A stretch of DNA of 64,000 nucleotides from a virus, in IMG/VR virus record IMGVR_UViG_3300029305_003176, one strand, 5' to 3'. Below, piece after piece: positions 39,543 to 49,214 of this stretch; position 1 is the first letter of the stretch, and every line of letters starts with the position of its first letter. Below the pieces are notes generated by a model that worked only from the letters and a program-made list of their open reading frames with translations, searched no databases and was not told the origin of the DNA. Position numbers and translations under genes: made by a program.

Positions 39543-39886
39543 TGTTCTTTCCTTTCTCTTGCTATATAAGTATCAAAAGCTTCGACAAATGCTTCTTTAG
39601 GTATAATACGTTTATGTGTTCCGGTGTACATTTTTTCCCCGTTCTGATCTAACCATTCCATATTCTCATAAATACCATCTTTCTCTACAGAGTAAGAAAT
39701 TATTTGTTTTGTAGGTATTCTGACAAAAGAAGATGAGTCTACTCTAGAAATAACTCCATACGGATTGTCGCAGGGTATAACTATATCAACTATCTCAAAC
39801 GAAGTAGTATCTTCGCCATTTGAGATTTTTTCTAAGAATTCATTCGTGTTGTCATTAATGTTGTTATCATAACAGTCTATAATCAT
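39539..39886 (-). CDS. Hypothetical protein
   Basis: ATG 39886 after GGAGG. Confidence 0.55.
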   Translation of the reverse strand: MIIDCYDNNINDNTNEFLEKISNGEDTTSFEIVDIVIPCDNPYGVISRVDSSSFVRIPTKQIISYSVEKDGIYENMEWLDQNGEKMYTGTHKRIIPKEAFVEAFDTYIARERKEQ

Positions 39887-39897
39887 AATTTCCTCCT

Positions 39898-40401
39898 TTA
39901 ATCCCATAAATTATAAAAATACTTTGAAAATAACTTAAAAAATTCATCTTTATGTTTTTCTGTAATCATATCAATAGTTGGAACACAAGGTATCCAATTA
40001 TCAGGCACATCCTTACATAACTCTTCATCAACCTTTTCCTCATCCATATATCTGAGGTGAAAGATCATTTCATCAATAATATTGTTCCATTCTTCTTCGG
40101 TCATAGTTCCTGGGTAGCCAGACATATTTTTTCTGTATCTTGTAAGAATTTTATAGTAGCGATCTATAAACCCACTGTATGTGTTAATAACATCTATACT
40201 GTCATAACCCCTAAACATTCTTTGGAAACCATATATGATTTTCCAATATATATCTTTGAGTTTTCTTTTAATTATGTAATGTTGAGTAGTTATCTTGTCC
40301 CATAAAGGAGTGGATATATTGCGACTAGCACCGTTAATTGAAAAGTATTCGGCTTCAATTGTTTCTCCGTCTATGATTACTTGTTTCTTATGATTTCTCA
40401 T
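39898..40401 (-). CDS. Hypothetical phage protein
   Basis: FQRMFRGY...LFSKYFYNLWD motif. Confidence 0.6.
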   Translation of the reverse strand: MRNHKKQVIIDGETIEAEYFSINGASRNISTPLWDKITTQHYIIKRKLKDIYWKIIYGFQRMFRGYDSIDVINTYSGFIDRYYKILTRYRKNMSGYPGTMTEEEWNNIIDEMIFHLRYMDEEKVDEELCKDVPDNWIPCVPTIDMITEKHKDEFFKLFSKYFYNLWD

Positions 40402-40666
40402 ATGTCTCCTTTCTAATAAACACTTTATCTTGAAAATGATTATCTTTAAATATAGATACTCTTATCATAGGCTGTTCTCCGGCAATAAGGTCTATTATAA
40501 AGTCATCATCTTCGTAGATGTGTTTAATCTTGTTTTTTCTTGGTGGTTTAACTGGCATTGGTATAGTAGTAGTACTTTTACGCATTGTCTGCATTACAGT
40601 TTCTATATTGTTCTTGCCGGTAGTATTGCCTACGAGAGAGTGTGTAAAATTCTTGCTTTTCATCAT
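40388..40666 (-). CDS. Hypothetical protein
   Basis: Translationally coupled ORF. Confidence 0.5.
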   Translation of the reverse strand: MMKSKNFTHSLVGNTTGKNNIETVMQTMRKSTTTIPMPVKPPRKNKIKHIYEDDDFIIDLIAGEQPMIRVSIFKDNHFQDKVFIRKETYEKS

Positions 40667-41319
40667 CTCTTTCCTTTCTTTCTTCTCATAATTCCACCAT
40701 GTAGTTTACGATAATTATTTGTAATTTTTGTTCCTGTTTTTAACTCAGACCAATTTTTCCCATAAAGTCTTTTTCTTATTCCTTCAAAACCAGGTAGCGT
40801 TCCTGGTGATAAATTTGAATGTCCCATCCAACACCATGCCACCAAATCATTTTTTATAGATATAATATCACCATCATCAAGCATACAACAAGAGCAAGAA
40901 CTATGTACCATTTTTTTACAATGCTCTACTAGTTCTGTTTCTGTGTCAAAATAGTATGCCAAAGCTGCCTCATGAGGTGAGCTATAATCAATTTTTTTAT
41001 AATATGTATATTTGTTTTTGTTTTTCTCACTAATTTCTTTATAGCATCTATAACACATCGTATGTTTTATTCCATCTTCTATCACATAATACTTTTCAAA
41101 ATACTCGTCATAAGGCTCATTACATATTTCGCAGACCTCTATAGTGTTTAGATTTATTGGATTTTCTCTAAGTTGTTTTATATAATCATCGCTGACCTTA
41201 GACCAATCTGCCGCTAATAATTTATCAACATTTAAAAAACAACGCCCATATTTATTTATTTCCCTCTTTACATAAATATCTATTATCTGTTCTATTTCTT
41301 CTCTTCTTGATATTGTCAT
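40663..41319 (-). CDS. Hypothetical Cys-containing protein
   Basis: CEIC...CYRC; RBS. Confidence 0.55.
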   Translation of the reverse strand: MTISRREEIEQIIDIYVKREINKYGRCFLNVDKLLAADWSKVSDDYIKQLRENPINLNTIEVCEICNEPYDEYFEKYYVIEDGIKHTMCYRCYKEISEKNKNKYTYYKKIDYSSPHEAALAYYFDTETELVEHCKKMVHSSCSCCMLDDGDIISIKNDLVAWCWMGHSNLSPGTLPGFEGIRKRLYGKNWSELKTGTKITNNYRKLHGGIMRRKKGKR

Positions 41320-41333
41320 TTTTTTATTTCTCC

Positions 41334-41591
41334 TTATAAATTTAATTCACTTGTTTCTATTCCGTCATCTTCCCAATTAATCCAACCTAATATATCCTGT
41401 GCTTTATCATCGGCTGTAAAGCCTGACTTGGGTGTAAGCTCGTTTGCTTCAGTATATAATTCATCTATTTCTTTTTGGATTTCTGAATAGGGAAAGAAAT
41501 TGCTTGCGTGAATATAAATATTTCTAACGCATTCTCCCGCAGTTTCAAGACCGCAATCAATTCCTATTTCTAAACATTTTTTAAATTTCAT
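41334..41591 (-). CDS. Hypothetical protein
   Basis: 85 aa, RBS AGGAG. Confidence 0.6.
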   Translation of the reverse strand: MKFKKCLEIGIDCGLETAGECVRNIYIHASNFFPYSEIQKEIDELYTEANELTPKSGFTADDKAQDILGWINWEDDGIETSELNL

Positions 41592-41604
41592 TGGTTTCTC
41601 CTTT

Positions 41605-41787
41605 CTATATGTCCATATAATTTAAACAAGTCTTAGCTTCTTCCTCATCTAATGGGTAATAGTATGGAAGTTCGTGTGGTTCCTTGTGTGAATATTTACC
41701 TGTACTTCTATAATGATAATTGCAGTCCTTATACGGACATTCATATTTTGAATGTTCACATTTGTATTTACTTCCGTTTATATCCAT
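41605..41787 (-). CDS. Small Cys/His-rich hypothetical protein
   Basis: ATG 41787 overlapping upstream stop. Confidence 0.5.
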   Translation of the reverse strand: MDINGSKYKCEHSKYECPYKDCNYHYRSTGKYSHKEPHELPYYYPLDEEEAKTCLNYMDI

Positions 41788-42110
41788 TACTTTCTCCTTT
41801 CTTGTATGTCTCTGATACAATCATTGTATCCTTGGGCATATGAATAAAGAATTGCGTGAGTTATACTCTTTGCATCTCCACGACTAACATAGCTTGTTAA
41901 ATCTTTATACTCTGGTAGTGGTGTGAGAGGGCACCAATCTGGTTTCTTTGTTTTATAATCATTGTAATCAGAAATTTTTCTTGCAGGTCTACACCAACCT
42001 TTATCATCTCTTATTGCTTTGCAATAACTTCCTACTAAATCACTAGAATAACAGGGACACAATACGTTACATTTTTCTGGTGTATCTATTACTAATACTG
42101 ATTTACTCAT
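41787..42110 (-). CDS. Small Cys-rich phage protein (KPDWCPL family, paralog 1)
   Basis: SVLVIDTPEKC...KPDWCPL...GYNDCI. Confidence 0.65.
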   Translation of the reverse strand: MSKSVLVIDTPEKCNVLCPCYSSDLVGSYCKAIRDDKGWCRPARKISDYNDYKTKKPDWCPLTPLPEYKDLTSYVSRGDAKSITHAILYSYAQGYNDCIRDIQERRK

Positions 42111-42297
42111 TGATAATCTCCTTTGCGTATTTAATCCATACAGCTAAATGTTCTGATAACTGCTCAATCCATTTGACTTCCATCTTAAATTCAGTTTGAT
42201 TATTGTATACATTTTCTAATCTTTGATTAATAAGTGTATCTGCAAATAACATAGGAGTAAATTCTTCGTGTTCATTAAGGTGTATTTCTATTTTCAT
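42103..42297 (-). CDS. Hypothetical protein
   Basis: ATG 42297. Confidence 0.5.
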   Translation of the reverse strand: MKIEIHLNEHEEFTPMLFADTLINQRLENVYNNQTEFKMEVKWIEQLSEHLAVWIKYAKEIINE

Positions 42298-42420
42298 TCT
42301 ATTTCCCTTTCTTCTTTTTAAGCGCATATGCTGCACATATTCCAACTGCTTTATTGCTCCAATGTGGATGCTTTTTCTTCGCTCTCTGAAATACTATATA
42401 ATATAGGTTACGTTTTATTT

Positions 42421-42732
42421 TCAATCTATAATTCCCTCCCAATTTTCTAACTCAGTTTGTTGCTGTTGTTCTAATAGTTCTTTATCAAGCTGCTTTTGGT
42501 ATTCCTTAAATAAACATTGTACTTGTTTTACACGATAATATGAGTTAGGGTATATTTCTCCATTATATAGTGCTTCAAGTTCGTTTTCATTGATATAAAA
42601 AACCTCAGTTGTTTTTGTAGGAGATATTTCGAATAATTCTATTTTAGGTTTCTGTCCTATATATTCGTTACTTCTCCATTGTACGAGATAGTTTTTATCT
42701 TTGTATTTAACTATCTTTTCTAATGTTGTCAT
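42421..42732 (-). CDS. Hypothetical protein
   Basis: 103 aa; ends LENWEGIID. Confidence 0.6.
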   Translation of the reverse strand: MTTLEKIVKYKDKNYLVQWRSNEYIGQKPKIELFEISPTKTTEVFYINENELEALYNGEIYPNSYYRVKQVQCLFKEYQKQLDKELLEQQQQTELENWEGIID

Positions 42733-43754
42733 AATTCGTTTTTCACAATCCTTTCATTAACATTCATTACAAATTCTTTTATTCCTTTATAATCTGGATT
42801 ATCTGAAAGAGAAGTATTTTGTTTTGCATAATCTAAACGTTTCTCATAATCATTTACCATTTCAAAGAACTCTGAAGTAGGTTGATCATTATTGTCAAGA
42901 TATTTACCATTACGAATATCCATAAGTAAATTATGTTCCGGTCTATAAGTAATGATTTCTTCTTTCTCTAAAATATCTAAACACATCATATACAAACGGA
43001 TGAGATGCATCATGTGTTTTGCTATTTTGCCATGAACCAATGCATGTTCGTTGCGTTTTCCAATCTTAGAGTAAGACTTGACAGTGTTGTGTAGTTCACT
43101 CCACATAGATTTATAGTCTCTGAGTGGATAATGGGTTAATTTAATATCCATAAAAATTTCTGTGTCATAATCAGGTTGTACGGCTTTATCTATGTAGAGA
43201 TTAATACCGTCTTCTGGGAAAGAAGAGTACTTAGTAGTAAAGTCGTGCTTCATAAACTCTAAAGTTTTAAGAATATGTTCTTCTAGTTCTGATTGAGAAA
43301 GTTTATGTGCTGCTTTTTGATTGAGTCTGTATAATTGCTGGTTTGCGTAGCCTCCGAAGCTATGGATTGCTCTCTTTGATAAGAAGAGATGTTTGTTGTC
43401 TAAGAGTTCTTGTCCTATTGGAGATAGGTGTAAATAATGTTCCGGTTTAAGTCCGAGCATTTCAATTGTATTAGGATTACAATTCGTCAGTAGGCTGATT
43501 ATCTTATTAAAAGAATAAATAGTAGTATCAGTTTCTTCGTTTACAAATTGCTCGAAGTTCTCATTTGTAAGTATCTCTTCTTTACGGTTTAAAGCTATCC
43601 CCCTTATATCTAAGTCTGATGTTTCAATATCTGTTCCGTATGCGTGAGAACCACCTAATCCTAATAGAATGATGTTTGAATTTAGGTGTTCATTTGTTGA
43701 TAGGAAAGAATATTGTGGGGAGTGTAATGTCTGTTTAATTTCTTGTAAGTTCAT
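42729..43754 (-). CDS. DNA polymerase beta-superfamily nucleotidyltransferase (RlaP/NrdC.11-like)
   Basis: GGSHAYGT...SDLDIRG, NPNTIEML, KHMMHLIRL motifs. Confidence 0.85.
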   Translation of the reverse strand: MNLQEIKQTLHSPQYSFLSTNEHLNSNIILLGLGGSHAYGTDIETSDLDIRGIALNRKEEILTNENFEQFVNEETDTTIYSFNKIISLLTNCNPNTIEMLGLKPEHYLHLSPIGQELLDNKHLFLSKRAIHSFGGYANQQLYRLNQKAAHKLSQSELEEHILKTLEFMKHDFTTKYSSFPEDGINLYIDKAVQPDYDTEIFMDIKLTHYPLRDYKSMWSELHNTVKSYSKIGKRNEHALVHGKIAKHMMHLIRLYMMCLDILEKEEIITYRPEHNLLMDIRNGKYLDNNDQPTSEFFEMVNDYEKRLDYAKQNTSLSDNPDYKGIKEFVMNVNERIVKNEL

Positions 43755-43755
43755 T

Positions 43756-44007
43756 TTATTCCTCCTCTATATGTCCAATTACTTCGTAAGTTGGTATTTG
43801 TCCGTTATAAATAGGACTATAACCTATAAATTCTGAAGTACTATTTTTATAATGTCCAACAGTTTTAAGCCATCCGTTTTCTATTTCATTGTAATGGAAG
43901 ACTATTGATACATAGTTACCGTAATCTCCATATTCTGTACGGAAGATATCTCCTGGTTGAATCTCTGTGTAAGTTTTAATGGTTGGTTTAATTTTGATTA
44001 GTTTCAT
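43756..44007 (-). CDS. Hypothetical protein
   Basis: 83 aa, coupled ORF. Confidence 0.55.
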   Translation of the reverse strand: MKLIKIKPTIKTYTEIQPGDIFRTEYGDYGNYVSIVFHYNEIENGWLKTVGHYKNSTSEFIGYSPIYNGQIPTYEVIGHIEEE

Positions 44008-45241
44008 AATCGCTCCTTTCTATCCAAGCCTGTAATAAATCCCTCATTCTTTTGCTTGGTATGTATATTGTAATGTGTTTACCATCCCTAATTCCTGAAC
44101 GCCACAAAAACTGTAGCATTTCAGATAGAGCATAGTCATCTTCATATACCTCTATGCCATTAGAAATAAAAAAGTTTTTAACATAAGGGTTGATATATTT
44201 ATTTACTAAATACGCAATAGCCGTCCTATCTCTATATTCATTTGTAGCTCTCATATTAGAAGGGACGAACCCTTTAGAATATCCTTTACCGGCCAACCTA
44301 TCTTTATAATCTTTAAAAGTAGTCCATATATTATTATTTGATTTAGAAGTAATCCATTTCTCGCCAGTAAACACAATAGGCTTATTATTGAAATAATTTA
44401 ATGTATTATTTTTTAATTGTTTTAATAAACTATTATCTTTATTTCGCATATACCAAGTTTTAGATAGGGCAGTATCTGCATCACCAATCATATTTAATTT
44501 TTTATCATCATATATAGTAATAAGTTTTTTATAATTATATTTATGTTTGTATTTTTGTGGTTCCTCAGTAAACCTATAAGTATCTAAAGAATTACCAATA
44601 ACATACAAATATTTATATTCCATTCCATAATAATCATAGTAATATTTCTGCATTTGCGCCTGGAACATATAAGTAAGAATGTAACTTTCTCTAAAAGCGT
44701 TAAATATCTTTATTGGAAACATCCACATCATAACAGATGTGCCATATAATGCAAGACAATCCATTTCGCATAATCTTTTTACATCTTCAAATCTACCATC
44801 ATAATCAGAATTAGCTCTCCACTTTAATAAGTTATTATCTTTAATATCTACAAAATTATTCAATAAAATTTGCAAATCATCTTTGTGTATATTATATGGT
44901 TCAATAACATCTGTCACTTCATCCATAATAAGTATATATCCTTGTGAATAACATAAGTCTATTATCTCATCATCAAATAGATGGAAGAGCACATGTGTTG
45001 TTGCTATATTATGTCCACTATTTAGTAAGTCTTTTAGACTAATTAATTTAGACGCTTTCTCATTATATTTCTCTGGCTGCTTAAAATGTCTATCTGGACA
45101 ATTTTTAATAATACGTTCTACTTCATTCAAGTATGGTGTAACATACATAAATTTTTTATCATTAGATGAACTATTAATATAATTAATTGATGCACTTGTC
45201 TTACCAGCGCCCATAATAGAATCAATAATGTTAATTTCCAT
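43988..45241 (-). CDS. SF2 helicase-like P-loop protein (YonV-like)
   Basis: DSIMGAGKTS, LIMDEV, RATNEY, EMLQFLWRSGIR motifs. Confidence 0.8.
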   Translation of the reverse strand: MEINIIDSIMGAGKTSASINYINSSSNDKKFMYVTPYLNEVERIIKNCPDRHFKQPEKYNEKASKLISLKDLLNSGHNIATTHVLFHLFDDEIIDLCYSQGYILIMDEVTDVIEPYNIHKDDLQILLNNFVDIKDNNLLKWRANSDYDGRFEDVKRLCEMDCLALYGTSVMMWMFPIKIFNAFRESYILTYMFQAQMQKYYYDYYGMEYKYLYVIGNSLDTYRFTEEPQKYKHKYNYKKLITIYDDKKLNMIGDADTALSKTWYMRNKDNSLLKQLKNNTLNYFNNKPIVFTGEKWITSKSNNNIWTTFKDYKDRLAGKGYSKGFVPSNMRATNEYRDRTAIAYLVNKYINPYVKNFFISNGIEVYEDDYALSEMLQFLWRSGIRDGKHITIYIPSKRMRDLLQAWIERSDYETNQN

Positions 45242-45560
45242 TTTTCCCTTATTTTCTCCTTGTTTTTTAAGATTGAAATTTTATTGCCTTTTTGGGGACG
45301 CTCGGCAATAAAATAATTTTTCATTTTTCTTGATTTTACTGGCTTTTTTTAAAATTGGTACTTATTTTTTGAGTTAATTCCTAAAATACAAAAGTAATAA
45401 AATAATTTTTTTTCCCTTATTTTCTGCGGTTTTTTAGGTGTAACCCTAAAAGGAAGGTATATAAAAAAGCAATAAAATTTTTTTGATAAGATTTTCCTTT
45501 AAAGGAAAAGATAAAAATATTATTCTTGCCGTAGGCAATTTAATTTTAATTAGTTAAACA

Positions 45561-45589
45561 TAGTATATCATATAATTTTAATTAGTCAA
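45561..45589 (-). promoter_or_regulatory. sigmaA-type promoter for the left arm, overlapped by the AACTAA..AAAATTA motif
   Basis: TTGACT ... TGATATACT. Confidence 0.55.
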
Positions 45590-46104
45590 TAGGAAAAAAT
45601 AAAATTCGTTCATGTCTTATGTTTATTGGGTTTACAAGTATTTTTTCTATATATGTATAAATATTTTTTTAATATATATTCTTTTATAAACTATATAATT
45701 TGATTTGGATTTTATGGGCTTTTTCGATGCAAGATGCGAAATAGGCAAGAAATAGTTTTACAGAATTAGATTTATTTAATCGGCTTATTTTTAAAGGTTA
45801 GTGTGTGGAATTAGTAGCTATATATAATCTATGAAAAAATGGGCTTTGTTTTGGTTTTAAGTACCCCCCTATTAGTGTTATAAAGTGCCAAAAAACTACG
45901 ATTTTTTTGTATAAAAATTAGAATAAAATAATTTTATTTTTTTACCTTTTTTTATATATCGTTATAGTATAATTATATTGTAACAAGTAAGACGAATGTA
46001 TGCAGATAGTATACGCAAAAGTTTCGTCAACGAAACAAAATAAAAAAGTTTCGTAACGAAACAAACTAATCAAAATTATTTTATTATTAAAGGAGGTTTT
46101 CACT

Positions 46105-46749
46105 ATGAAAACAACAAACACAACAAATTCAATAATCAATGTAACAATTAACGGATTAACAGCAATGGACACTGTGGAAAAGGTTAAAACAAGATTAGAA
46201 GCTGTGGACAAGTCACTTTTTAACATTGCTTTACTTTGTGCTTATGGAACTGGTACAACAATTCCAGCCTATATAGATAATAAAGGCAATGAGCACGGCG
46301 AAGCAACAGTTGAAAAACCTATTTCACGAAATGATTATATTGAATTAGTAGGACGTGACAAGTCAACTATGTCAAAATGGATTAACACAATAAAAACAAT
46401 TATTGAAAAAGGTTATTTCAATGATTTTGCTATGGGTAAATATCCATTCCAATACGAAAAACTTATAGTAATTTTTGACGAAAAGAACGAAGAATTTTTC
46501 AAAGGTTATTTACTTAGTGATTTATTAAAATTATCTCAAAAAACACTTGTGGCAATGTTAGCTGTTACTGAAACAAATGCAACAGAAGAAACAGTTGAAG
46601 TAGCTGAAGAAAATGCAACAGAAGAAGTTATTGAAGTTGAAGTGGCTGAAGAAGTTGAACTTACTACTATAACATACAATAATGTTGAGTATACAGTACC
46701 TAAAAAAGCCTTTGAAAAATGGTTATCTGATAATGCTATAACTGAATAG
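46105..46749 (+). CDS. First early gene, hypothetical protein (possible HTH)
   Basis: AGGAGG RBS; ELVGRDKSTMSKWI resembles an HTH recognition helix; acidic tail. Confidence 0.65.
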   Translation: MKTTNTTNSIINVTINGLTAMDTVEKVKTRLEAVDKSLFNIALLCAYGTGTTIPAYIDNKGNEHGEATVEKPISRNDYIELVGRDKSTMSKWINTIKTIIEKGYFNDFAMGKYPFQYEKLIVIFDEKNEEFFKGYLLSDLLKLSQKTLVAMLAVTETNATEETVEVAEENATEEVIEVEVAEEVELTTITYNNVEYTVPKKAFEKWLSDNAITE

Positions 46750-46760
46750 CATTATATATA

Positions 46761-46791
46761 AAAAGGGTAGGCTGAAAGTCTACCCTTTTTT
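46761..46791 (+). terminator. Intrinsic terminator
   Basis: AAAAGGGTAGGC-TGAAA-GTCTACCCTTTTTT. Confidence 0.8.
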
Positions 46792-46898
46792 AATGTTTTT
46801 ATAATTTCGTTACTAAACAAAACAAGTAATTTATTTTACTTGTTTTTTTATTTGTTTTGTTTCGTAACTAAACTATAAAAAAGGAGGATATATAACAT

Positions 46899-47351
46899 AT
46901 GAAGATATATGTATGCAATAATAATTATACTTACATTTGGGGACAGCATATCCCTTTAGGTGCGTGGTATGGGCAAGACAGTAAGAGTTGGTGGTTCTGT
47001 ACTGTTCATGGTAAGAGTGAGGATAACTCACTGATATTATACCGATTTAACGGTAATCGTTGGGTTAAAATCAACGAAGTATCAAGAACTACGCAGTCCA
47101 TCTGTCAATGGGCAGAATCTACTCATTCGTGGTGGACAAAGTGCCATTGGTTTAAGGAAGAGGATAGAGAAAAAAGTTTCGTGACTAAACAAGATAATCA
47201 TATGAAAACATATGAAAGTCTTATGAAGCACGATAGAAAGCATAAGAAGAGTTCTGGAATAAGGTTAGACAGAGAAAACTACTATGCACAACATACATTC
47301 ACAGATTATGAATGTACTAACAGACCAATGCACGATTTTAGAAGTTATTAG
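46899..47351 (+). CDS. Hypothetical Trp-rich protein
   Basis: AGGAGG RBS. Confidence 0.65.
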   Translation: MKIYVCNNNYTYIWGQHIPLGAWYGQDSKSWWFCTVHGKSEDNSLILYRFNGNRWVKINEVSRTTQSICQWAESTHSWWTKCHWFKEEDREKSFVTKQDNHMKTYESLMKHDRKHKKSSGIRLDRENYYAQHTFTDYECTNRPMHDFRSY

Positions 47352-47475
47352 TTGATATAAAATAGCACTTGTTAATATATTTGTAGGTGCTATTTTTATA
47401 TAAAAACGCTTTAAAGGAGGTGTTTATTATGGTATACTTTTTACGGACTTAAAAATCCGGAAAGGAGTACAAACC

Positions 47476-47685
47476 ATGGCACAACAAAAAGCGATTGTTT
47501 ACAAAGTGCCTGAAGAGGTCAGGGCACAGAGCATAGAAACTCTAAAAGTACGCAAAGAAACATTAGAATATTTGCGTAAAAATGGTTTTAAAACCATAGA
47601 GGATTTTATTGCCAAGCAAGAAAAAGTCCCTAAAAAATATAGAGGGAACATCTATGCATACCTTATTTTTGGTATGGAAGATTAA
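47476..47685 (+). CDS. Small hypothetical protein (loosely RNAP alpha-CTD-like)
   Basis: SIETLKV...EYLRKNGFKTIEDF resembles the alpha-CTD pattern; weak. Confidence 0.5.
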   Translation: MAQQKAIVYKVPEEVRAQSIETLKVRKETLEYLRKNGFKTIEDFIAKQEKVPKKYRGNIYAYLIFGMED

Positions 47686-47733
47686 TTTCATATCTAAAAG
47701 TTTAGTAACTAAAGTTAGTTACTATAATAACCT

Positions 47734-47762
47734 AAAAGGCATCTGTTTTAGATGCCTTTTTA
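47734..47762 (+). terminator. Intrinsic terminator
   Basis: AAAAGGCATCT-loop-AGATGCCTTTTT. Confidence 0.75.
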
Positions 47763-48049
47763 TTATGTAAAATCGAACATACACGCAATATGTATGTAGC
47801 AAAGAGTGAGAGCGGCTCAGGCTCTTAGGCTCGCTATGTAGAAGAAACATAGCACTTATATAATCTCATATAAAAGGAACGGGCATTGATAATGTATTAT
47901 ATATAACTATTTAAACGATACGCTGACCGTGTAGGTAAATATATATATGAAGTCGTCACTAATATTATATATAAATACATACAATGTTTTTTGATAATAA
48001 CAAAAGGGATTTTTTATAATAATACTCTAAATATCAAGGAGAAATTATA

Positions 48050-48310
48050 ATGGCAGAAAAACAATATAAAATTTACGAAGGTTTTAGAAACAGGCTTGCC
48101 AGTAAATATGCAGATATGACAATGCATATTAACAACATTAACGCAATAGAAAAGATTATAAATCTTGACTATATGCGAGCAGTACTGTTTATGAATTATA
48201 TCATTGAGTACTGGTATGCATATACCAGTGATATTATAAATGGACATTATAAGCATATCAATATGACAAGTATTGTATGGAATAGTTTTCTTGACCATAT
48301 GGCAAGATAA
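48050..48310 (+). CDS. Hypothetical protein
   Basis: AGGAG RBS. Confidence 0.55.
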   Translation: MAEKQYKIYEGFRNRLASKYADMTMHINNINAIEKIINLDYMRAVLFMNYIIEYWYAYTSDIINGHYKHINMTSIVWNSFLDHMAR

Positions 48311-48545
48311 ACTTAAAGCAACGGAAACCAGTTTAGCAACTAAACTAATAATATTATAGGCAAGGGAAATTTATTTAAACCTTGCTACAATAATACTAAG
48401 CACAAGGGAAATTAATAGGAGGTGCAAGGCAAATGAAAGGTTACACAACTCAACAAGGATTTATGGGATATATTCCGAACAAGGGTTATATCCTTTTTTG
48501 TACTCAAACAGAATATATAGAATATTATCAGGAGGCTAATCAATA

Positions 48546-48866
48546 ATGAGCAAGGCAAAGGAAATTTTATTAGAAATCCTCGGTGGAATTGCACTGGCAA
48601 CAATACTAATAATTTTTATAATAATAGTGCTGGCTACGGAAACAGATTACAATTACGCTGTGGCAATCGAAGATGAATTTGGAGTTCATTACGAATATGT
48701 TACAGAACGAATATGCACTGTAACAGAGATAAAAAATGATCTTATTACAGTAGACTGTAAGGGAAAACTTTATCAGTTCTACGGCACAGGTTACACAATA
48801 AACGATGAAATCATTTGTGTGTTCAATGAGGCAAATGAAATCATAGATACAAAGTTTAGTAACTAA
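48546..48866 (+). CDS. Membrane-anchored hypothetical protein
   Basis: N-terminal hydrophobic helix. Confidence 0.6.
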   Translation: MSKAKEILLEILGGIALATILIIFIIIVLATETDYNYAVAIEDEFGVHYEYVTERICTVTEIKNDLITVDCKGKLYQFYGTGYTINDEIICVFNEANEIIDTKFSN

Positions 48867-48900
48867 ACAAAATAAAATTATACAGAAAGGAAATAAAAAT

Positions 48901-49122
48901 ATGCCAAGAGGACGACCAAAGGGAAGTAAAACCAAAAAACCAAAGATTAAAAGTTGGATATCTACATTAGATAAAGATGACCCACTTTATTCTGAAAAGA
49001 GAGAGGCAATCAGGATTGCAGCACAGCTTAAATATCCCGATGCTTGCTTTTATAGTATAGTCCAAGCGAAATCTGAAATACACATTGACAGAGCACTTAG
49101 ACAAGCAAGACTTGCGGGTTAA
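48901..49122 (+). CDS. Small basic protein with AT-hook (PRGRPKGSK)
   Basis: N-terminal motif. Confidence 0.6.
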   Translation: MPRGRPKGSKTKKPKIKSWISTLDKDDPLYSEKREAIRIAAQLKYPDACFYSIVQAKSEIHIDRALRQARLAG

Positions 49123-49155
49123 TGTTAAAATTTTAAACTAATCAAAATTATATAT

Positions 49156-49183
49156 TGCAATTTATATATAACTATGATATAAC
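49156..49183 (+). promoter_or_regulatory. sigmaA-type promoter flanked by two AACTAA..AAAATTA sites
   Basis: TTGCAA ... TGATATAAC. Confidence 0.5.
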
Positions 49184-49214
49184 TAAATAAAATTATATTT
49201 AAGGAGTGAAAAAT

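Larger units (their letters stand above)
46021..48868. promoter_or_regulatory. Cluster of eight palindromic operator-like sites GTTTMGT-N-ACKAAAC
   Basis: Copies start at 46021, 46048, 46804, 46859, 47176, 47700, 48331 and 48854; a ninth at 57015. Confidence 0.75.

Noticed and set aside
45242-46104. Prophage attachment site or host junction
   Set aside because: No integrase or host gene nearby; both flanks are phage-like and share regulatory motifs
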